Assembly: GCA_964388175.1 (NCBI GenBank)
Contig: CAYLYS010000001.1
Location: 908 to 64,907 of the forward strand
Direction of reading: 5' to 3'
Origin: an uncultured Chromatiales bacterium
Lineage (GTDB): Bacteria > Pseudomonadota > Gammaproteobacteria > SZUA-140
Length of the DNA stretch: 64,000 bases
The notes beneath the pieces were generated by a model. It was not told the origin of the DNA and did no database searches. It worked only from the letters and a program-made list of their open reading frames with translations. Shown here piece after piece: positions 19,542-29,345 of this stretch (position 1 is its first letter; each line of letters begins with the position of its first letter). The translations under genes were made by a program, and so were the position numbers.

Positions 19542-20684
19542 ATGGCGACCATCGACAAACGCACCGACAGCAAGGGCGTCTCCATGTACCGGGTGCGCGT
19601 TCGGATGAAGGGCGTTCCGCAGCAGGTGGCATCCTTCCGCAGCCTGACCAAGGCCCGTCAGTGGGCATCGGCGACCGAAACCGCTATCCGTGAAGAGCGC
19701 CACTTCCCGACCAGCGAGGCAAAGCGCCACACCCTGGCCGAACTCATCGATCGCTATAAACGCGACGTGCTGAGCGCGAAGAAGCCCAAGACGGCTCGTC
19801 ACCAGGGTCAGCAACTTGATTGGTGGAAGGGTCAGCTCGGCGCCTACAGCCTGGATAAGATCACGCCGGCGAAGGTGTCGGAGCATCGGGACAGGCTGCT
19901 TCAAGAACCGATACCAGGCCCCGACGACAAGCCGCCAAGATACCGCGGGCCGGCGACGGTCGCCCGGTACATGGCGGCGCTCTCCCACGTGTTCACCATT
20001 GCGGTGAAAGAGTTGGGATGGGTTCAGGAGAATCCATTCGCCAAGGTCAGCAAGCCCAAGGAGCCCGGCGGCCGCGTTCGGTTCCTGTCTGATGATGATC
20101 CCCTTCCGAGCGGCGAGATCTTTGAGGGCGAGCGCACGCGCCTCCTGAAGGCGTGCAAGGAGAGTTCGAGCCCGGATCTGTATCCCGCGGTCGTGCTGTC
20201 TCTCAGCACCGGTGCCCGCAAGATGGAGTTGATGGGGCTTCGCTGGCGTCAGGTTGATCTGGTGCGCGGCATGATCACCCTCGAAGACACCAAGAACGGT
20301 GAGCGTCGGGCGCTACCGCTGGCCGGGCATGCGCTCGAACTGATGCAGGCCCGCGCGAAAGTGCGTCGGCTCGATTGCGATCTCGTTTTCCCGAACCCTG
20401 CGGATCTCGCTAGGCGTGAGAAGAACCCGGCGCACGTCGTGCGTCCCGTGGATCTTCGCGCGCCCTGGGAAGCGGCCCTGGCCGCTGCCGGCATCGAGGA
20501 CTTCCGCTGGCATGACCTTCGGCACTCTGCTGCTTCCTACCTCGCCATGTCCGGTGCATCGCTTGCGGAAATCGCCGAAGTGCTCGGGCACAAGACCCTT
20601 GCCATGGTGAAACGGTACAGCCATCTGTCTGACGCGCACGTCGCCCGCGTGGTGGCGAAAATGAACAGCCGGGTGTTCGGATGA
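19542..20684 (+). CDS. int: tyrosine-type site-specific recombinase / phage integrase
   Basis: 380 aa with a C-terminal catalytic domain carrying HDLRHS (HxxR) and VKRYSHL (Tyr nucleophile). About 380 bp from the tRNA. Confidence 0.9.
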   Translation: MATIDKRTDSKGVSMYRVRVRMKGVPQQVASFRSLTKARQWASATETAIREERHFPTSEAKRHTLAELIDRYKRDVLSAKKPKTARHQGQQLDWWKGQLGAYSLDKITPAKVSEHRDRLLQEPIPGPDDKPPRYRGPATVARYMAALSHVFTIAVKELGWVQENPFAKVSKPKEPGGRVRFLSDDDPLPSGEIFEGERTRLLKACKESSSPDLYPAVVLSLSTGARKMELMGLRWRQVDLVRGMITLEDTKNGERRALPLAGHALELMQARAKVRRLDCDLVFPNPADLARREKNPAHVVRPVDLRAPWEAALAAAGIEDFRWHDLRHSAASYLAMSGASLAEIAEVLGHKTLAMVKRYSHLSDAHVARVVAKMNSRVFG

Positions 20685-21865
20685 ATGCGAAGCGCCCAAA
20701 GCCGAAGCGTCCAGAATCTTCCGGGGTCAACCAGGATCTGTGGGACTTTTGGGATCGGTACGAGGACAAGAAGGCGGATCGCAAGGAATGGGATGCGGTG
20801 CAAACGCCTACCGCAACTGATAAGGCGCTCAAGGAAACCCGTCTTGCGGATCTGGACGCTGAGCTCGCGAAGCTCGACGAGGAATATCAGTGCTTTGTCA
20901 GGCGCGCTCAGGATGCTGATCAAACTACGAACCTGTCTGGGCGGGATTGCTTTACGCTCGGCGTGCTGGCCGCGCGCTGGAACGTGGCAGAGCATGATGT
21001 ATTCCGATGGGCCAGCAGTGGCGCATTGCCCACCGTGGTGCGTCCCGATGCACCGGAATCACTACATGGCGTGTCGTCTGAACTCCTGGAAGACGTGGTG
21101 GCCGCGCGGGTACTGCTGGTGTCGCGCGAGGACCGTGACCGATTCGAAGTGGCGCTACCCAACTACGTGACGCACGCCGCAATGGAGGCGAGCGCCAAGT
21201 GCGGCGGCTTGAGCGTCGAAGCGTGGGCGGAACACTCGGGTCAGAAGATTGCTCCAACCACGGAAGGCGGGCGCTTCGTGAGCGGCACGCTGGAAGAAGC
21301 GGCACGCGCGCTGGCTAGGCAGGAAGGGTGGCATGACGGTGCGCTCGATACCCTTTTGAAGCAGATGGTTCAGGCGGTCAAGGACGGAAGTCTGACCGCG
21401 CGCCATCCGCATACCGGCATACCTTATCGCCCTGATCCCGTGCGCACGTTCTACGAGTTCGTCACCGCGGTGGACGTGAACGTCTGGCTCGCGAGCCAGG
21501 CGGTGGACTACCGGATGGAGACAGGCGGGAGCGGCGAAGCGCCAATGGATGTCAACGTGTGCCAACGCAAGGACGCGGGGCCAGCGAACGGCGCGGTCGC
21601 CAATGATTGGTTGGAAGACGACAGCCTTCTGAAAATTGAGAGGCAGCAGCGCGCCATCTTGGAAGTGATCACCATGAAGAGGTGGGATCCTATGGCCGTG
21701 CCGGATGGCGAAAAGGGAACCATCCGTCAGATATGCGAGGAGGATGATAGGTATAGGGATCTGTTCTCTGCCACATCTTTCGAGCGTGCATGGAGCGCCG
21801 GTGTTCGTGCCGATCCGCCCAAGTGGCGGATGCAGAGTCACGCATCTTTCGCCAAGGGAAAGTAG
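20681..21865 (+). CDS. hypothetical protein (island)
   Basis: 394 aa with no recognisable domain. Start overlaps the int stop by 4 bp (ATGA), suggesting translational coupling. Confidence 0.5.
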   Translation: MNAKRPKPKRPESSGVNQDLWDFWDRYEDKKADRKEWDAVQTPTATDKALKETRLADLDAELAKLDEEYQCFVRRAQDADQTTNLSGRDCFTLGVLAARWNVAEHDVFRWASSGALPTVVRPDAPESLHGVSSELLEDVVAARVLLVSREDRDRFEVALPNYVTHAAMEASAKCGGLSVEAWAEHSGQKIAPTTEGGRFVSGTLEEAARALARQEGWHDGALDTLLKQMVQAVKDGSLTARHPHTGIPYRPDPVRTFYEFVTAVDVNVWLASQAVDYRMETGGSGEAPMDVNVCQRKDAGPANGAVANDWLEDDSLLKIERQQRAILEVITMKRWDPMAVPDGEKGTIRQICEEDDRYRDLFSATSFERAWSAGVRADPPKWRMQSHASFAKGK

Positions 21866-21992
21866 CAGGGAGCCCGCGACACCTACGAACACCCACGAAC
21901 ACCTACTTCCCTCGCTATCGTACGCCTACTCCCGCCTCCCGGATGATGTGCCGTAGCCAGCGATTGCTGGCGAAAATGTGAGGCGCATCATT

Positions 21993-22196
21993 ATGACTGA
22001 CGTAAATATGCTCACCGTCGCGCAGCTCGCTACGCGGCATCCAGCGTTCTCGCAGGCATCCCTGCGGCACTGGATATTTCATTCCGAGAATAACGGCCTG
22101 GCCGCATCCGGGGCGCTGATTCGTTTGGGCCGGAAAATCCTGCTTGATGAGGCGGCGTTCATTCGCTGGGTGAAGTCGCACCGGGCATGCGCGTGA
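21993..22196 (+). CDS. AlpA-family / excisionase-like helix-turn-helix DNA-binding protein
   Basis: Short protein with LTVAQLATRHPAFSQASLRHWI ... GRKILLDEAAFIRWV, typical of AlpA/Xis HTH_17 regulators of satellites and prophages. Confidence 0.65.
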   Translation: MTDVNMLTVAQLATRHPAFSQASLRHWIFHSENNGLAASGALIRLGRKILLDEAAFIRWVKSHRACA

Positions 22197-22356
22197 GGCT
22201 GCCGAAAATGAAAACGCCCGGCGGCAACCGGGCGTCGAGAGAGCAAAGCAAATCCAGGACCAATCGTAACCGCCAGCACAGCCAAGCGCAACCGGGTATC
22301 CCGCAGAGCACGGAGCAATGGCTGGCGTTCGTTCGGCGTGCTGCGAGGGACGGCCG

Positions 22357-23223
22357 ATGAGCGCGGATATCCTGCTGTCCCGCTTGGAGGGGGTCCGGGA
22401 TCGCGGTCACGGCCGGTGGATGGCGTCGTGCTGCTCCGGGCTGCATGATGATCGCAATCCGTCGCTGTCGATCCATGAAACCGCCGACGGAACCGTCCTG
22501 ATCAAATGTTTTGCGGGGTGTAGTGCCGCCGAGATCGTGGCCGGCGTCGGCCTCACGCTCGCGGACTTGTTCCCGGAGAAACTGACCCACCATCGGGCAC
22601 CGTTGCGAAATCGTGTTCCGGCGGCTGATCGCGAACTGATCGAGCGCGCCAAGCGGCAAGAGCAGGCCGAACGCGAGCGCAGACATGCCGACGCAGCGGA
22701 CAGGGCTCGCACACTCTGGGAGCGCGCACAGCCCGCCACAAGCCACGGATACCTGACGGCCAAGGGAATCAAGCCTTACGGCGCCCGCACGCTCTCCGGG
22801 CTTCTGGCGCTGCCGGTGCAGGACTTCGACGGACAGATACACAGTCTCCAGTTCATCGCCGGCGACGGTGGCAAGAAGCTGCTTTCCGGCGGGCAGAAGA
22901 AAGGCCGCTTCATCTCCGTTCGGTGGACGGGTGCGGACCGGCTGCTGATCTGCGAGGGCTTCGCAACCGGCGCAAGCTTGGCCGAGATTGAGCAGGGCTC
23001 CGACGTGCTCGCGGCCATCGATGCCGGCAACCTGTTGCACGTTGCCTGTGAGGCTCGCAGGCGCTTTCCTGGGCGCGAGATCGTCATCTGCGCGGACAAT
23101 GACCCGGTTGGCGTTGAGAAGGCACACGCGGCCGCTGCTGCGTCTCGGGCACTGGTGGCCATTCCCGAGACCGAGGGCGCGGACTTCAACGACATGCACC
23201 GCCGGGAGGTGGCCGCATGGTAA
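22357..23223 (+). CDS. DNA primase (P4-alpha-like zinc-ribbon + TOPRIM domain)
   Basis: Zinc ribbon CC-H...C-x-x-C (ASCCSGLHDD...IKCFAGCS) followed by a TOPRIM acidic pattern (LLICEGFATG ... IVICADNDPVG ... GADFNDM). Start set at MSADILL. Confidence 0.7.
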   Translation: MSADILLSRLEGVRDRGHGRWMASCCSGLHDDRNPSLSIHETADGTVLIKCFAGCSAAEIVAGVGLTLADLFPEKLTHHRAPLRNRVPAADRELIERAKRQEQAERERRHADAADRARTLWERAQPATSHGYLTAKGIKPYGARTLSGLLALPVQDFDGQIHSLQFIAGDGGKKLLSGGQKKGRFISVRWTGADRLLICEGFATGASLAEIEQGSDVLAAIDAGNLLHVACEARRRFPGREIVICADNDPVGVEKAHAAAAASRALVAIPETEGADFNDMHRREVAAW

Positions 23224-24776
23224 CGATCAATGCGATTCCTCCGGTGCAGGAGGAGCAGCCCCAAGAGGAAAAGGAGCGGAAGTCGGCGTCCACGACCCTG
23301 GTGGAGCTGGCGCTGGAGCACTTCAGTTTCGGCGTCTCAACGATGGGCGAGACGTTCGCCATACCGAAGCAAGGGCCGAAGATCGTTGCCATGCTTCGCG
23401 GCGCGAAGACGTCATTGCGGGGGCAGTTGTCCAGGCTCTACTTCAGGAGGTGCGGTCGGGCTGCGCCGCAACAGGCGCTTGCCGACGCTTTGCTGGTCAT
23501 CGAAGGTATGGCGCAGGAAAGTGACGAGGAGGAGCTGTATCTGCGCGTCGCCCGTCACGGTGATGATCTTTGGCTGGATCTGGGAGACCAGACGGGTCAG
23601 GCCGTTCGCATCAATTCGGCAGGATGGGAAATCGCCGCGCCGCCGGTGCTGTTCAAGCGGACCGCTCTTATGGGGGCGCTGCCGGCGCCGTCGCGAGGGG
23701 CCACGCTCGATAATCTGTGGGGCCGCCTTAACATCGCCGAATCCGATCGCCCGCTGGTGGTCGCGTCTCTCGTCGGAGCGCTGCATTCAGACATCCCGCA
23801 TCCCGTTCTCGGGATCCTTGGCGAGCAGGGATCGGCCAAGACGACGGCGACGAAGATCCTGGTTTCAATCCTTGATCCCGGACCTGTTCCGCTTCGCAAG
23901 CCGCCGCGTGATGCCGATGGCTGGGTGACGGCGGCGGCCGGATCCTGGGTGGTGGCGCTCGATAACCTGAGTGCGGTTCCGGACTGGCTGTCGGATTCGA
24001 TCTGCCGCGCTGTTACCGGAGATGGAGACGTCCGACGAAAGCTCTACACCGACGGGGAGCACGCCGTCTTCGCGTTCCGTCGCGTCATCCTGATAAACGG
24101 GATCGACCTGGGGGCCCTGCGCGGGGATCTGGGGGAGCGAATGCTGCCGCTTCACCTGGAGCGCATCCCGGACGATGCCCGCCGCCTGGAGCGTGACATC
24201 TGGAGTGCGTGGGATGAGGCCCATCCCGCCATCCTCGGAGCCGTCCTTGACGTGGCAACGAGTGTGACGAGGGTGCTTCCCTATGTCCGTCTGGAGACCA
24301 AGCCGCGCATGGCCGACTTCGCGGTGATTCTCGCGGCCGTCGACAAGGTGCTGGGGACGAACGGACTGGCGCACTACCTCGGGAAGCAGAAGTCTCTCGC
24401 GGCCGATTCTCTCACCGGCGACCCGTTCATCATTGCCATGACTGCGTCAGTCACGACGACGTTCTCTGGCCGGGCGGCCGATCTGCTGGCCCGGCTTCGA
24501 AACGACAGACCGCCGAGGGGCTGGCCAACCAACGCGCGCGCCGTCACCACAAAGCTCAAGCGTCATGCGCCGGCTCTACGGCGCGCCGGCTGGCAGATCA
24601 GCGATGACGGGGGCCGAAACATCGGCAACACGGTGATCTGGACCATTGTTCATCCTGAGATGGTCGGTAAACATCCCTCGTTTGACTCGTATCCTCGTCC
24701 TGATACCCCGGATGACGAGTCAACGAGTCAAACGAGCCAGGAATACGGGCAATCTCAGGAAGAGGTGGTGCTATGA
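23217..24776 (+). CDS. P-loop ATPase, putative replication helicase (primase C-terminal / D5-like)
   Basis: Walker A-like GEQGSAKTTATK, and a DExx-like VVALDN. Lies immediately after the primase, with a 7-bp overlap. Confidence 0.55.
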   Translation: MVTINAIPPVQEEQPQEEKERKSASTTLVELALEHFSFGVSTMGETFAIPKQGPKIVAMLRGAKTSLRGQLSRLYFRRCGRAAPQQALADALLVIEGMAQESDEEELYLRVARHGDDLWLDLGDQTGQAVRINSAGWEIAAPPVLFKRTALMGALPAPSRGATLDNLWGRLNIAESDRPLVVASLVGALHSDIPHPVLGILGEQGSAKTTATKILVSILDPGPVPLRKPPRDADGWVTAAAGSWVVALDNLSAVPDWLSDSICRAVTGDGDVRRKLYTDGEHAVFAFRRVILINGIDLGALRGDLGERMLPLHLERIPDDARRLERDIWSAWDEAHPAILGAVLDVATSVTRVLPYVRLETKPRMADFAVILAAVDKVLGTNGLAHYLGKQKSLAADSLTGDPFIIAMTASVTTTFSGRAADLLARLRNDRPPRGWPTNARAVTTKLKRHAPALRRAGWQISDDGGRNIGNTVIWTIVHPEMVGKHPSFDSYPRPDTPDDESTSQTSQEYGQSQEEVVL

Positions 24777-25138
24777 GGGCCGTACTCGACCGCCTCGCCG
24801 CGCTCGGCATCCGTGTCCGCCTGACCAAGGATATGCGCCTGTCTCTCTCGCCGGTTCCGCCGCCGGACCTGGTCGACGACGTGCGGTCCTGCCGCGACGA
24901 GATAATTCAGCACCTGATCCGCACTCGCAACGCCGAGTCCCGTATCCGTAATTGGCTCGCTCATATCCGTGAAACCGACCCCGGCGTTATCGACGAGGTG
25001 CTGGGGAAATGCGCAGCCGACCCCGAGGCGTTGGCGTACTTCATGACCCGAGCCGCCGAGGTGCCGCCGATCAAGCGTGTGGCCGGGCGGACGGTTCATG
25101 GCGCGGAAGTGGTGACGGGGGGAACCGGCGATGCCTGA
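24773..25138 (+). CDS. hypothetical protein (island)
   Basis: 121 aa. Start overlaps the upstream gene by 4 bp (ATGA). Confidence 0.4.
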   Translation: MRAVLDRLAALGIRVRLTKDMRLSLSPVPPPDLVDDVRSCRDEIIQHLIRTRNAESRIRNWLAHIRETDPGVIDEVLGKCAADPEALAYFMTRAAEVPPIKRVAGRTVHGAEVVTGGTGDA

Positions 25139-25337
25139 CATCCGGACATTGCTTGCCCAGGCCCATGCGCTGGAGCAGGCCGCCCGGCAGCGGCGCCGGG
25201 AGGCAGGCGCCCAGCTCGCCATCCTGCGCGACCAGACCCCGGTCCTGGAGTGGCATCCCCGGCTTGAAGCCCTCGGGCTCGATGTCCGCTCGGCTGAGGT
25301 TCTGATCGGCATGGCGACCGGGAGCGAAGCGCCATGA
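25131..25337 (+). CDS. hypothetical protein (island)
   Basis: 68-aa ORF packed tightly within the operon. Confidence 0.3.
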   Translation: MPDIRTLLAQAHALEQAARQRRREAGAQLAILRDQTPVLEWHPRLEALGLDVRSAEVLIGMATGSEAP

Positions 25338-26242
25338 CTGGCAAGGCGGTGAGGATGTCACCCAAGGGTGACAACGCGGCAAGTGACGCTCTGCCGGCGA
25401 CGGTTGAGGAGCTGAGCGCGGCCCTGGCTGCCATCTTCGAGGATGCCCGCCAGCGAGCTGTCTACCTTGTGGACGCCTACGCACATGCAGCCGGCGAAGC
25501 GTGTGAATCTATCCACATCGCCGAGCGCCAACTGCGCGCCATCAAGCCAGCCGGCGAGTCGGCCGAGTGTACCACGGTACACATTACCGAGCGCGAGGCC
25601 CGCGACATCAAGACGGTGAAACGGCTCTACTGGCCGCGCTCCGATCTCTACACCCTTGCTTGGAATGCCATGGTGGCATTTCACGCTGAGCGGCGCCGGC
25701 GCCCTGGCACACGCGAACTGCTCAGACGCATGCAGGCACTCGATTCAGATCACCGTCCTGTATTGCTGCGCCTTGAAAGGGAAACGATTCACTGGATCGA
25801 CGACGCGAGCCGCGCCAATAGCTTTCTTCGCCAGATGCCGGAGATGCTCCTTTGCGCGCTGGTTGAAAGAGATGACGAAAGGGTCGCTGAAATACACGCC
25901 CGGCGCGATAACGCCGATCGAGCGCTTAGAGATATCGAGTGCTCGGGGAGGCTGATCGATGCTTACCGGAAAATGGCCGGCAAGGTAGGCCGCGACCTCG
26001 GCGAATACTGGGGTATTCCAAGCGACGCCGATTTCCTGTCCCAATGGCCTTCCTTCCTGACGCAGGGTCTTCTGGGAAATTCAGAAGCGAGGCGGGAGAC
26101 GGAGCGCGCAGAACCCCGGGAAGGTGGCGTGGCCATTCCGGTCATGCTCGACGGAGCATCGCCCTTCCTTGATGGGCCGGCGGTGAGCGAGATGCCATCG
26201 GCCATTCAGTTCCCGTCATTTGAGATCAAACACTACCCCTGA
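25334..26242 (+). CDS. hypothetical protein (island; immediately upstream of terS)
   Basis: 302 aa with no recognisable domain. 4-bp overlap with the preceding ORF. Confidence 0.5.
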   Translation: MTGKAVRMSPKGDNAASDALPATVEELSAALAAIFEDARQRAVYLVDAYAHAAGEACESIHIAERQLRAIKPAGESAECTTVHITEREARDIKTVKRLYWPRSDLYTLAWNAMVAFHAERRRRPGTRELLRRMQALDSDHRPVLLRLERETIHWIDDASRANSFLRQMPEMLLCALVERDDERVAEIHARRDNADRALRDIECSGRLIDAYRKMAGKVGRDLGEYWGIPSDADFLSQWPSFLTQGLLGNSEARRETERAEPREGGVAIPVMLDGASPFLDGPAVSEMPSAIQFPSFEIKHYP

Positions 26243-26254
26243 GGAGGAGGGCGC

Positions 26255-26776
26255 ATGAAGGCAAAGAAGAGCGCTCCGAGAGCCAAGGCGGGCACGTCGA
26301 AAGCCCCGCAGCGAGGGAAGGGATGCGACCAGACCAAGACCAGGCCGATGATTGGCAGGCCGCGCCAGTTTCCTGATGAACAGATCGAGCAGGCGTTTTC
26401 TCTGATGGCGGAGGAGGGCGTGTCGCTCAAGGCTGCGTGCCAGGCTGTCGGGATTGCCTATGACGCGACGCGGCAGAGGATATATAACGATCAGCGCCTT
26501 TCTTCCCTGCACGCGCGCGCGAGAGAGGATTACCTGGACGTGCGCGTGCAGGAAATGAACGAGATTGCCAAAACAGAGCCGGACGTTCAGCGCGCCCGCC
26601 TGATGTGCGACAACATCAAATGGGAAGCCGCCCGCGTCCTGCGCAAGAAGTACGGCGACCGCTTGGAGGTTGACCAGAACATCAATAACGTGAAGTCCCT
26701 GTCGGATGAGGACCTGGAGCGTGAAATCAATGCGTACATTGCGAAGATCGCAGAAGAGCGAGCTTCGGGGGCTTGA
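26255..26776 (+). CDS. terS: terminase small subunit (P22 gp3-like, GP3_package family)
   Basis: GRPRQFPDEQIEQAF...ARLMCDNIKWEAARVLRKKYGDRLE parallels P22 gp3 (GRNPKFESPEALWAAC...; RAKL..D.RKW.LSK..PKKYGDK). Confidence 0.7.
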   Translation: MKAKKSAPRAKAGTSKAPQRGKGCDQTKTRPMIGRPRQFPDEQIEQAFSLMAEEGVSLKAACQAVGIAYDATRQRIYNDQRLSSLHARAREDYLDVRVQEMNEIAKTEPDVQRARLMCDNIKWEAARVLRKKYGDRLEVDQNINNVKSLSDEDLEREINAYIAKIAEERASGA

Positions 26777-26994
26777 CGCAGCCGAGGACGGCGAGGCATA
26801 GTTTCCGCACGGGGCGTAGCAACCCCTCACGTAGCGGATACCGCACCCGTCAGCCAAGCGGTATTTTTATGCCTGTCTTCCAGGCAGTTCGGTTTATGCC
26901 GGGTGTCCGTCCGAATACAACAGCCTTCGCGCGAATAGGCGGGCCGTCTACGTGCGGTGCTACCCACCCGGCACCCATAACCGGAGGAACTGCC

Positions 26995-27273
26995 ATGACT
27001 GACCAAGCCGCCACCATCGATGTCACCCGCAGCGCTGTCGCAGCCGTCTGCGCGGAGCTGAACCGCCTGGAGCAGGAAACAGACGCTTCGTCCTTCAAGG
27101 AAGTGATCGAGTATCTGCGCGACAGCGGCTACGCCGTCACTGAACTGCCGAACGATGGCGGGTATGGCCTTCTGGCCGTCAGCCTGACAGAGCGCGGCCT
27201 GCGTCGCCTGGCGGCTCTTGAGAAGCTGAGTGATCTCGCCATCGAGGCGCAGGACTGCGGAGGTGACGCATGA
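26995..27273 (+). CDS. hypothetical protein (island)
   Basis: 92 aa. A GGAGGA RBS precedes MTDQAATIDV, which is an internal start within called ORF 26773..27273. Confidence 0.45.
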   Translation: MTDQAATIDVTRSAVAAVCAELNRLEQETDASSFKEVIEYLRDSGYAVTELPNDGGYGLLAVSLTERGLRRLAALEKLSDLAIEAQDCGGDA

Positions 27274-27620
27274 GCGCCGGGCAGGATTCGCCGGCTAGGC
27301 GTGTGCGCTCTGTAGTCAGCTACGCCGTAGCGGTCGAGCAGGATAACCGCCTGATGCATCTGACGCCGTATATGATTAGCCCAGTGGCCGCAGAGAGAGC
27401 CTTAGAAGAGCTTAAGCCTGAGCATCCCGCGGCGCACGTTGTCGAGAGAGTTCGCGAAACGGTTGTGGATGACTCCCTCTCTTCGCGCCCTAGCTCTTCA
27501 ATTCAGGCGTCCGGCCGACAGATTCCATGCTTTTCCATGGAGGAGGCGGGAAGGCTGGTTGATGCCGGAATGCTGTGCGAGGCGATTGATCGGTTCAACG
27601 AGGACGCTGATAGACGCTAA
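27270..27620 (+). CDS. hypothetical protein (island)
   Basis: 116 aa. ATGA overlap with the upstream gene. Confidence 0.4.
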   Translation: MSAGQDSPARRVRSVVSYAVAVEQDNRLMHLTPYMISPVAAERALEELKPEHPAAHVVERVRETVVDDSLSSRPSSSIQASGRQIPCFSMEEAGRLVDAGMLCEAIDRFNEDADRR

Positions 27621-27702
27621 AGGCGGCTATCGAGAAGAAGCGTGATGCACTACCCGCCCGGACCGGCACCGGGCGGGCACCCCTTCCCCTGTACGCGACA
27701 AG

Positions 27703-27999
27703 GTGACCGAATTGAACCGACCTCCCGCCAAGCTTGGGCGCAAAACCCTGTCGATCCTGGTGCAGGCCATCATCGACCAGCTCGAATACGAGTTTCCCCC
27801 GGCTGATGGCTACGACATTGCCGAGATTATGCTGTGGCGCCGGGTCATCTATCAGGCGATCCGGGATGCTGCTGAGGGCGATCAGGAAGCCCGCCAGTTC
27901 TTCAGCACGGAGGATCTCAAGGAAATATCCGACCGTGCCGCTCTGGATCCTGAGGCAGTCCGCCGGCGGGTGAAGGCGCAGGGCTGGGTTGTGCTATAA
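27703..27999 (+). CDS. hypothetical protein (island)
   Basis: 98-aa acidic protein. Confidence 0.4.
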   Translation: MTELNRPPAKLGRKTLSILVQAIIDQLEYEFPPADGYDIAEIMLWRRVIYQAIRDAAEGDQEARQFFSTEDLKEISDRAALDPEAVRRRVKAQGWVVL

Positions 28000-28052
28000 C
28001 AGCGCAAAGAAGAGGGCGCCGCCCAGAGCCGGGCGACGAAACGGGAGGGTTC

Positions 28053-28835
28053 ATGAAGCTGTTTCTGCTCGCCGCTGCTGCGGTTCTTTCGGGATGCGCT
28101 ACGCCGCTTGTTCAAAACTTCTGGGGCGAGTCGACCGCCCCGGGTATGGCCTATGAGATGTCGATCGATGCGCTGGCCGCACGAACGCAGGCCCAGCCCC
28201 GCAGCTACATCATCTTCCCCGGAAATGACGATGTAGAACTTAGCGATCTCCAGTATCAGGAATACGAAACGTACCTGGTGCGCGCTCTGGAAATTCGCGG
28301 GTTCGAGCCCGCCGGGAACCCGGAAGATGCGAAAATCGCCGTCGCGTTCATGTATGGCATCGGAGAACCGGTGATCACGGAACGGACCTATATGCGGCCG
28401 ATCCGGGGAAAGACAGGTATCGCGTCCTCAAAGACCACCGGAGACGCGACGAGCACAGAACGCTACGGGCGCCGCAGCGTCTCATACTCTGAGACGACGA
28501 CCTACACGCCGTCGTATGGGGTTATTGGCTATGTGCCGGAGACTAAAACGACCGTGTCCTATATCCGGCACGCGATTGTGATTGCCTACGATCTCTCCGA
28601 GTATCTCGCGACCGGAAAGGAGGTCGAGCTGTGGAGGACAGTGGTGCAGAGCGAGGGGCCGACCGACGACCTGAGGCGCGCCATGCCGGTACTGATCGGC
28701 GCCGCCGCTGAGCACATGGCAACAAGCACGGGGAAGAGGCTATCCGTTCGCATGTCGGAGAATGCGCCGGTGGTTCGTGCCGTGCGTGGAGAGGTCACGA
28801 TAGACGCTTCCCAAGCGATCAATCACGCGCCCTGA
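28053..28835 (+). CDS. lipoprotein (island moron)
   Basis: Signal peptide with lipobox LSGC, 260 aa, no known domain. Confidence 0.55.
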   Translation: MKLFLLAAAAVLSGCATPLVQNFWGESTAPGMAYEMSIDALAARTQAQPRSYIIFPGNDDVELSDLQYQEYETYLVRALEIRGFEPAGNPEDAKIAVAFMYGIGEPVITERTYMRPIRGKTGIASSKTTGDATSTERYGRRSVSYSETTTYTPSYGVIGYVPETKTTVSYIRHAIVIAYDLSEYLATGKEVELWRTVVQSEGPTDDLRRAMPVLIGAAAEHMATSTGKRLSVRMSENAPVVRAVRGEVTIDASQAINHAP

Positions 28836-28900
28836 GATCCATCCCGGCTTCTGGACAGAATGACCAGAAGTCCACGACCGCAGATCACGGTATTATCGAA

Positions 28901-29263
28901 TCACCTGACCTGAACGTCGACCTCATACTTTTGCGTGGGAGGGAATGCCTCCAGCCACAGCTTCTGCTGCCGCATGTATTCGTCTTCGTCAGCAAGCCAT
29001 TCCTGCAAAACCGCCGGCTGGCCGGTGAACACCATGTAGTAAGGGATGTATCCCTTCCAAGGCTGTTGAAGCGAGTATTTCCAGATCCACCGGTCGGCGA
29101 TGAACTGCGTCTGAGAGGGTTCGCCCAGGACGGCTTTCACTTCATCCGGGGTCATGCCTGGCGCGAGTTGATTGGTTTTTGATACCGAGCCGAAGCCGCC
29201 CACCCCAGTAGCACAGCCCGCAATGAACGCGAAGAGCAACAGCAGCGCTAAACACCTTTTCAT
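28901..29263 (-). CDS. lipoprotein with BamE/SmpA_OmlA-like fold (island moron)
   Basis: MKRCLALLLLFAFIAGC lipobox, followed by GMTPDEVKAVLGEPSQ, resembling the BamE N-terminal motif. Start reassigned to the internal Met. Confidence 0.5.
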   Translation of the reverse strand: MKRCLALLLLFAFIAGCATGVGGFGSVSKTNQLAPGMTPDEVKAVLGEPSQTQFIADRWIWKYSLQQPWKGYIPYYMVFTGQPAVLQEWLADEDEYMRQQKLWLEAFPPTQKYEVDVQVR

Positions 29264-29345
29264 AATGCGACCCCTTCTGTCGGAACCTAGATCGGCCGCC
29301 GTAGCGCGCCTACCGCGAAAGCATGTTATTCCATCGGCACGGTAA

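Noticed and set aside
19379-19651. 90-aa minus-strand ORF overlapping the integrase start
   Set aside because: Overlaps the att/arm region and the int N-terminus. Probably not coding.
22159-23199. 346-aa minus-strand ORF inside the island opposite the primase
   Set aside because: Antisense to a gene with zinc-ribbon and TOPRIM motifs, and shows no features of its own.
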